12,907 nucleotides of DNA from Octopus sinensis. Taxonomy: Eukaryota. The notes below the pieces were generated by a model. The model worked only from the letters and a program-made list of their open reading frames with translations. It ran no database searches and was not told the origin of the DNA. The position numbers and the translations under genes were made by a program. Where the stretch lies: the NCBI RefSeq assembly GCF_006345805.1, contig NW_021826544.1, positions 1 to 12,907 on the forward strand, given 5' to 3'. Each line of letters begins with the position of its first letter. Position 1 is the first letter of the stretch. Positions 8,571 to 12,907 of the stretch are shown piece after piece.

Positions 8571-8719
8571 ATATAATATATATATATATATATAAATAGA
8601 TATTTCTCCATTTTCTCATTTTGTATATAATATATATATATTCTATATATAAACACAATGTCGTGAGGACGTGGTACATGTAAAGTATTAGCAGACGCTC
8701 AGGGAAGGAAAGAAAGATA

Positions 8720-8755
8720 GTTTAACATTTTGAGCAGACGCTCTTCTTCGGAAAC
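8720..8755 (-). ncRNA. Minimal type I hammerhead motif, decayed, related to the 11.1-11.9 kb array
   Basis: The minus strand reads GTTT-CCGAAGA-A-GAGC-GTCT-GCTC-AAA-ATGT-T-AAAC. Helix I (GTTT/AAAC) and stem II (GAGC/GCTC) pair, but three positions deviate (U4C, G12A, helix III C to T). Confidence 0.55.
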
Positions 8756-8807
8756 AGAAGAAAGTTAAATAGAAGTGAAGACGGAGGAAGAATTTCACCA
8801 ATGATTC

Positions 8808-9055
8808 ACATAATCATCATTATCATTTAACTTCTGCTTTCCATACTGACATGGATTGGACAGTTTGACAGGATCTGGTCATGCAGGAGCTGATGAGGCA
8901 GAAGACTGCACCAGGTTTCTGTGTCTATTTTGGAGTGGTTTTTATGGCTCAATGCCCTTCGAAATGACAGCCATTTCACAATATTGACTGGATGTTTTTT
9001 AAGTGACACCACTTGATGCTAATATTACGGCAATTTCCATGACCTTGACAGTCTA
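8808..9055 (-). mobile_element. Possible old retroposon fragment with (GAT)n-like tail
   Basis: It starts with a short CAT/AAT repeat followed by TTTAACTTCTGCTTTCCATACTGACATGG..., which resembles a common octopus repeat as I recall it. It is single-copy here and unverified. Confidence 0.3.
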
Positions 9056-9266
9056 CTGGCACAAATCAGTGAATGTTGTGAACAGTATTTTAGTCAAAGT
9101 TTGATAAGGTCTGTCCAGAGTAGCCTCTCTTAGGTATTTCCCATTGATAACAACTAAAGGACTAGGAACATTGATGTAAAGGAATCTGACTGGGCAACGC
9201 TGGACAGATATGGTTTTTACACACTTTTTACCGTAAGAAAAAAATTTTCTCACTAGTGTGAAAATA

Positions 9267-9431
9267 GGCGCAGGAGTGGCTGTGTGGTAAGTAGCTTGTT
9301 TACCAACCACATGGTTCCGGGTTCAGTCCCACTGCGTGGCACCTTGGGCAAGTGTCTTCTACTATAGCTTCGGGCCAACCAAAGTCTTGTGAGTGGATTT
9401 GGTAGACGGAAACTGAAAGAAGCCCGTATTG

Positions 9432-9472
<41 letters not shown>

Positions 9473-9676
9473 TTGTGTGTCCATGTTTGTCCCCCTAGCA
9501 TTGCTTGACAACCGATGCTGGTGTGTTTATGTCCCCGTAACTTAGCGGTTCGGCAAAAAGAGACCGATAGAATAAGTACTGGCTTACAAAAGAATAAGTC
9601 CCGGGGTCGAGTTGCTCGGTAAAAGGCGGTGCTCCACATCATGTTCAGTCAAATGACTGAAACAAGTAAAAGAGTA
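9267..9676 (+). mobile_element. SINE family A, full length
   Basis: Head with A- and B-box-like motifs, internal (TA)(TG) tract at ~9433-9480, 3' body and AGTAAAAGAG tail. Confidence 0.92.
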
Positions 9677-10142
9677 ATGAGTGTAGCTAGAGCATGTGCC
9701 ACTTAGGACTGCCCTTCCGTTTGCTTCTGCCGGACTCCACAAAAACACAGATTGCCCACAGCAGATCCAAAAGTGCTGCATGAGGTGGACAACCCCCTAC
9801 CATCCCTGCATCCCCCTGGCTATGCTAGTGATTTTTTATTCATAGTAACTGCAGTGAATTTGCCTTTTAGCATGAAATATGTCACATACATATTTTAACT
9901 AACCTAAAGTTCATTAACACTTAAACACAGCTTAGCGCTGACATTATTGTTTTATATATATATACCCTTTAAGTAGCGTGTGTATAGTATGTATAGCATA
10001 TCTCAAACTCACAAGAGTATATGAGAGAGGCAGAGACAGGCAGAAACAAGGAAGATGGCCCTTGTATTTGAATACTATGCAAATATTCTTTTAAAAAAAC
10101 TTTTCATTAATTTTTCTAAAATTTAACTGTTTTCCATACTTA

Positions 10143-10178
10143 CAGTTGAAAAAGTCTCAATGACTGAAACCGGTACTG
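10143..10178 (+). ncRNA. Solo minimal type I hammerhead motif with a U3-A8 core
   Basis: CAG-TTGAAAA-AGTC-TCAAT-GACT-GAA-ACCGGT-A-CTG. Helix I is CAG/CTG, stem II is a perfect 4 bp, helix III is the palindrome ACCGGT and the triplet is GUA. Confidence 0.6.
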
Positions 10179-10235
10179 AAATGTTTTTTATAAAATTATT
10201 TTAGCATTTTCTACCTTGACTTTTTTTCCATATAT

Positions 10236-10500
10236 CTCTTTTATTCTTTGACTCTCTTACTTGTTTTAATCATTTGACTGTGGCCATGCTGGAGCACTGC
10301 CTTTAGTCGAGCAAATCGACCCCAGGACTTATTCTTTGTAAGCCTAGTACTTATTCTATCGATCTCTTTTGCTGAACTACTAAGTTATGGGGACATAAAC
10401 ACACCAGTATCGGTTGTCAAGTGGTGTTGGGGGTGTCAAACACAGACACACAAACATATACACACACACATACGTATATATGTATATATGTATATATATA
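10236..10500 (-). mobile_element. SINE family A, 3' half only
   Basis: Reverse complement of the family A 3' body, ending in the microsatellite with no head. Confidence 0.88.
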
Positions 10501-10502
10501 TA

Positions 10503-10724
10503 AGTGTGTGTGTATGTGTTTGTGTGTCTGTGTTTGTCCCCCTAGCATTGCTTGACAACCGATGCTGGTGTGTTTACGTCCCCGTCACTTAGCGGTTCAG
10601 CAAAAGAGACCGATAGAATAAGTACTGGGCTTACAAAGAATAAGTCCCGGGGTCGATTTGCTCGTCTAAAGGCGGTGCTCCAGCATGGCCGCAGTCAAAT
10701 GACTGAAACAAGTAAAAAAGAGTA
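10503..10724 (+). mobile_element. SINE family A, 3' half only
   Basis: (TG)n followed by the family A 3' body and tail, with no head. Confidence 0.9.
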
Positions 10725-11128
10725 AAAAAAAAAAAGAAAATATATATATATATGTATGTGTGTGTGTGTGTGTAACCATTACCGGTTCCTACCGATAATG
10801 GTTATATTTCCATACTGAAATCTACCCGGAAATAATTGTTGATTTTAAAATTAATAATTATTTACCCTCATATTATTAATTATAATATATATACATATAT
10901 ATATATGAAAATTTGTTAACTATGAGGCAGTTTTTTAATTCTGTTCTTATGCATATATGCATGATATACATGCACATACATACTCTCTTATACACACACG
11001 CACCTTTGTGTTGGGGGCACCTTCGTATTGGAAGTCACTTGACCCTGTTATCTCTCCTACTGTCCCTCTTGCGTCTGACCACTGTCCAAAGTCAGGACGC
11101 CATGATAGATCATTAGCTCCTACACACA

Positions 11129-11448
11129 TTTTTTTTCTGTTGAAGAGCGTAGGCTCGAAATGTAAAAGACTTTTTCTATTCCTGAGCGCTATACTAATAC
11201 ATTTGTTTGTTTGTCCTCCACCTGCCTTCGTCTTTTGTTTATTTTCGTAAACTTTCCCTTTATATATATATATATATATATCTATATTAATTTTTTTCTC
11301 TCCTTGTTTTTTTCTGTGAATCTTTCTGTCGAAGAGCGAGGCTCGAAATGTAAAAGACTTTTACTATTCCTGAGCGCTATACTAATACATTTGTTTGTTT
11401 GTCCTCCACCTGCCTTCGTCTTTGTTATTTTCGTAAACTTTCCCATTA

Positions 11449-11492
<44 letters not shown>

Positions 11493-11870
11493 TTTTTTTT
11501 TTTCTCTCCTTGTTTTTTTCTTTGTATCTTTCTTTCGAAGAGCGTAGGCTCAAAATTAAAAGACTTTTTCTATTCCTGAGCGCTATATACTAATACATTT
11601 GTTTGTTTGTACTCCCCTGCCTTCGTCTTTTGTTTATTTTCGTAACTTTCCCTTTATATATATATATATATATTATCATTTTTTTCTCTCCTTGTTTTTT
11701 TCTGTGAATCTTTCTGTTGAAGAGCGTAGGCTCGAAACGTAAAAGACATTTTCTATTCCTGAGCACTATACTAATACATTTGTTTGTTTGTACTCCACCT
11801 GCCTTCGTCTTTTGTTTATTTTCGTAAACGTTCCCTTTATACATGATATATATTTATATATTTTTTCTCT
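11129..11870 (+). repeat. Four-copy ~190-bp tandem repeat with one hammerhead motif per unit (retrozyme or PLE pseudo-LTR-like)
   Basis: Core starts at 11137, 11326, 11532 and 11714 give periods of 189, 206 and 182. The length differences come mainly from an internal (TA)n tract. Confidence 0.9.
11709..11746 (+). ncRNA. Minimal type I hammerhead motif, best-preserved copy of the array
   Basis: TCTTT-CTGTTGA-A-GAGC-GTAG-GCTC-GAA-ACGT-A-AAAGA. Helix I is 5 bp, stem II is 4 bp, helix III is the palindrome ACGT, and cleavage is predicted between 11741 and 11742. Position 6 is U rather than A. Confidence 0.72.
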
Positions 11871-11881
11871 TTATCTTTCAG

Positions 11882-11906
11882 GGATTGAAATGCCAAACCA
11901 GCATAG
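11882..11906 (+). other. Candidate 25-nt micro-exon
   Basis: TTTTTTCTCTTTATCTTTCAG|GGATTGAAATGCCAAACCAGCATAG|GTGAGT gives a strong pyrimidine tract with CAG acceptor and a consensus AG|GTGAGT donor. Two of three phases are open (GLKCQTSI; IEMPNQH). There is no homology evidence. Confidence 0.35.
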
Positions 11907-12078
11907 GTGAGTGGCTGCTCTACCTCTTGTTTCTATATTGGTGTGCATTTGTGCATGAGAGAAACAGTATATGGGTTTACATGTTCTTTAAATTTTGAGA
12001 TTGTCTTTTTTCTTCAAAGTGGAACTCATTTTAATTCTTTTAATAACACCTGTTATTAGATATACACACACAGAAATG

Positions 12079-12156
12079 CACATATACATACATACATACA
12101 TACATACATACACACACATACATACATACATACACACACATACATACATACATACA

Positions 12157-12188
<32 letters not shown>

Positions 12189-12278
12189 CATACATACATA
12201 CATACACACACATACATACATACATATATACATACATACATACATACATACATACACACATACATACATACACACACA

Positions 12279-12310
<32 letters not shown>

Positions 12311-12362
12311 CACACATACATACATACATACATACATACATACATACATACATACATACATA
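12079..12362. repeat. (CATA)n tetranucleotide tract with (CA) interruptions
   Basis: Read directly from the sequence. Confidence 0.95.
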
Positions 12363-12448
12363 ATTATACAATTGTATTATGACACATCCTCTTGAGCACT
12401 GATTCCCAACCATTTTTTGCCTACAGACCTGTTTGATTACTTTTCCAT

Positions 12449-12676
12449 TACTCTTTTTACTTGTTTCAGTCATTTGACTGCGGCCATGCTGGAGCACCGC
12501 CTTTAATCGAGCAACTCGACCCCGGGACTTATTCTCTTTTTGTAAGCCCAGTACTTATTCTATCGGTCTCTTTTGCCGAACCGCTAAGTTACAGGAACGT
12601 AAACACAATAGCATCGGTTGTCAAGCAATGCTAGGCGGACAAACACAGACACTCAAACACACACACGCATATATAT
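12449..12676 (-). mobile_element. SINE family A, 3' half only
   Basis: Reverse complement of the family A 3' body and tail, ending in (CA)/(TA) with no head. Confidence 0.9.
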
Positions 12677-12907
12677 CCGAGCATGAATACCACAGTGGGA
12701 AAGCAAACAACACCGTACGGGCTTGGTGCGTGATGTCTATCTTTGTGTTTGTATATACTTTTTTCCCCTGACGAAGGAGGTATTATCTGAATGCACCCTA
12801 GTGCTTTAAACATAATACACCCTTGAAATGGCCATAACGATAAGTAAACATGATTTCCTTAACTATAAGGTTTATTTTACCCTGAATTATTTATTTAATA
12901 AGATTTC

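Noticed and set aside
8890-8896. Isolated CTGATGA (also at 4434-4440)
   Set aside because: No flanking helices or GAAA core, so these are chance matches.
9053-9310. 85-aa minus-strand ORF with protein-like composition
   Set aside because: It starts inside a SINE head, lacks convincing splice sites and has no recognisable domain.
9681-9827. Possible TIR remnant (GTGTAGCTAG...CTGGCTATGC)
   Set aside because: The match is short and imperfect, with no TSD and no second copy.
10136-10175. Minus-strand exon suggested by a GTAAGT donor at ~10140
   Set aside because: The acceptor has a poor pyrimidine tract, and the hammerhead fold on the + strand explains the sequence better, though an exon is not excluded.
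12768-12800. CTGACGA-AGGAGG as a hammerhead
   Set aside because: There is no GAAA-N-UH arrangement and helix I does not close.

Overview
This is non-coding, AT-rich eukaryotic DNA made almost entirely of repeats. The SINE families and TTAGGG-type repeats resemble what I recall from octopus genomes (inference, no search run). No protein-coding gene is supported: the long ORFs in the track come from microsatellites or repeats, and the only exon candidate is a 25-nt micro-exon at 11882-11906. The window holds three tRNA-derived SINE families, a piggyBac-like MITE, a nested cluster of a ~423-bp MITE carrying telomeric hexamers, and long microsatellites. The main unannotated signal is a set of minimal type I hammerhead ribozyme (HHR) motifs with palindromic helix III, of the kind known from Penelope-like elements (PLEs) and metazoan retrozymes. 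They occur in at least five unrelated repeat contexts: a 4-copy ~190-bp tandem array (11129-11870), a ~490-bp foldback with two outward-facing HHRs (5747-6238), a head-to-head tRNA-SINE dimer ending in HHRs (3206-4233), and solo copies at 8720-8755 and 10143-10178. Two carry non-canonical cores (A6U; U3-A8). All folds were done by eye and activity is untested.
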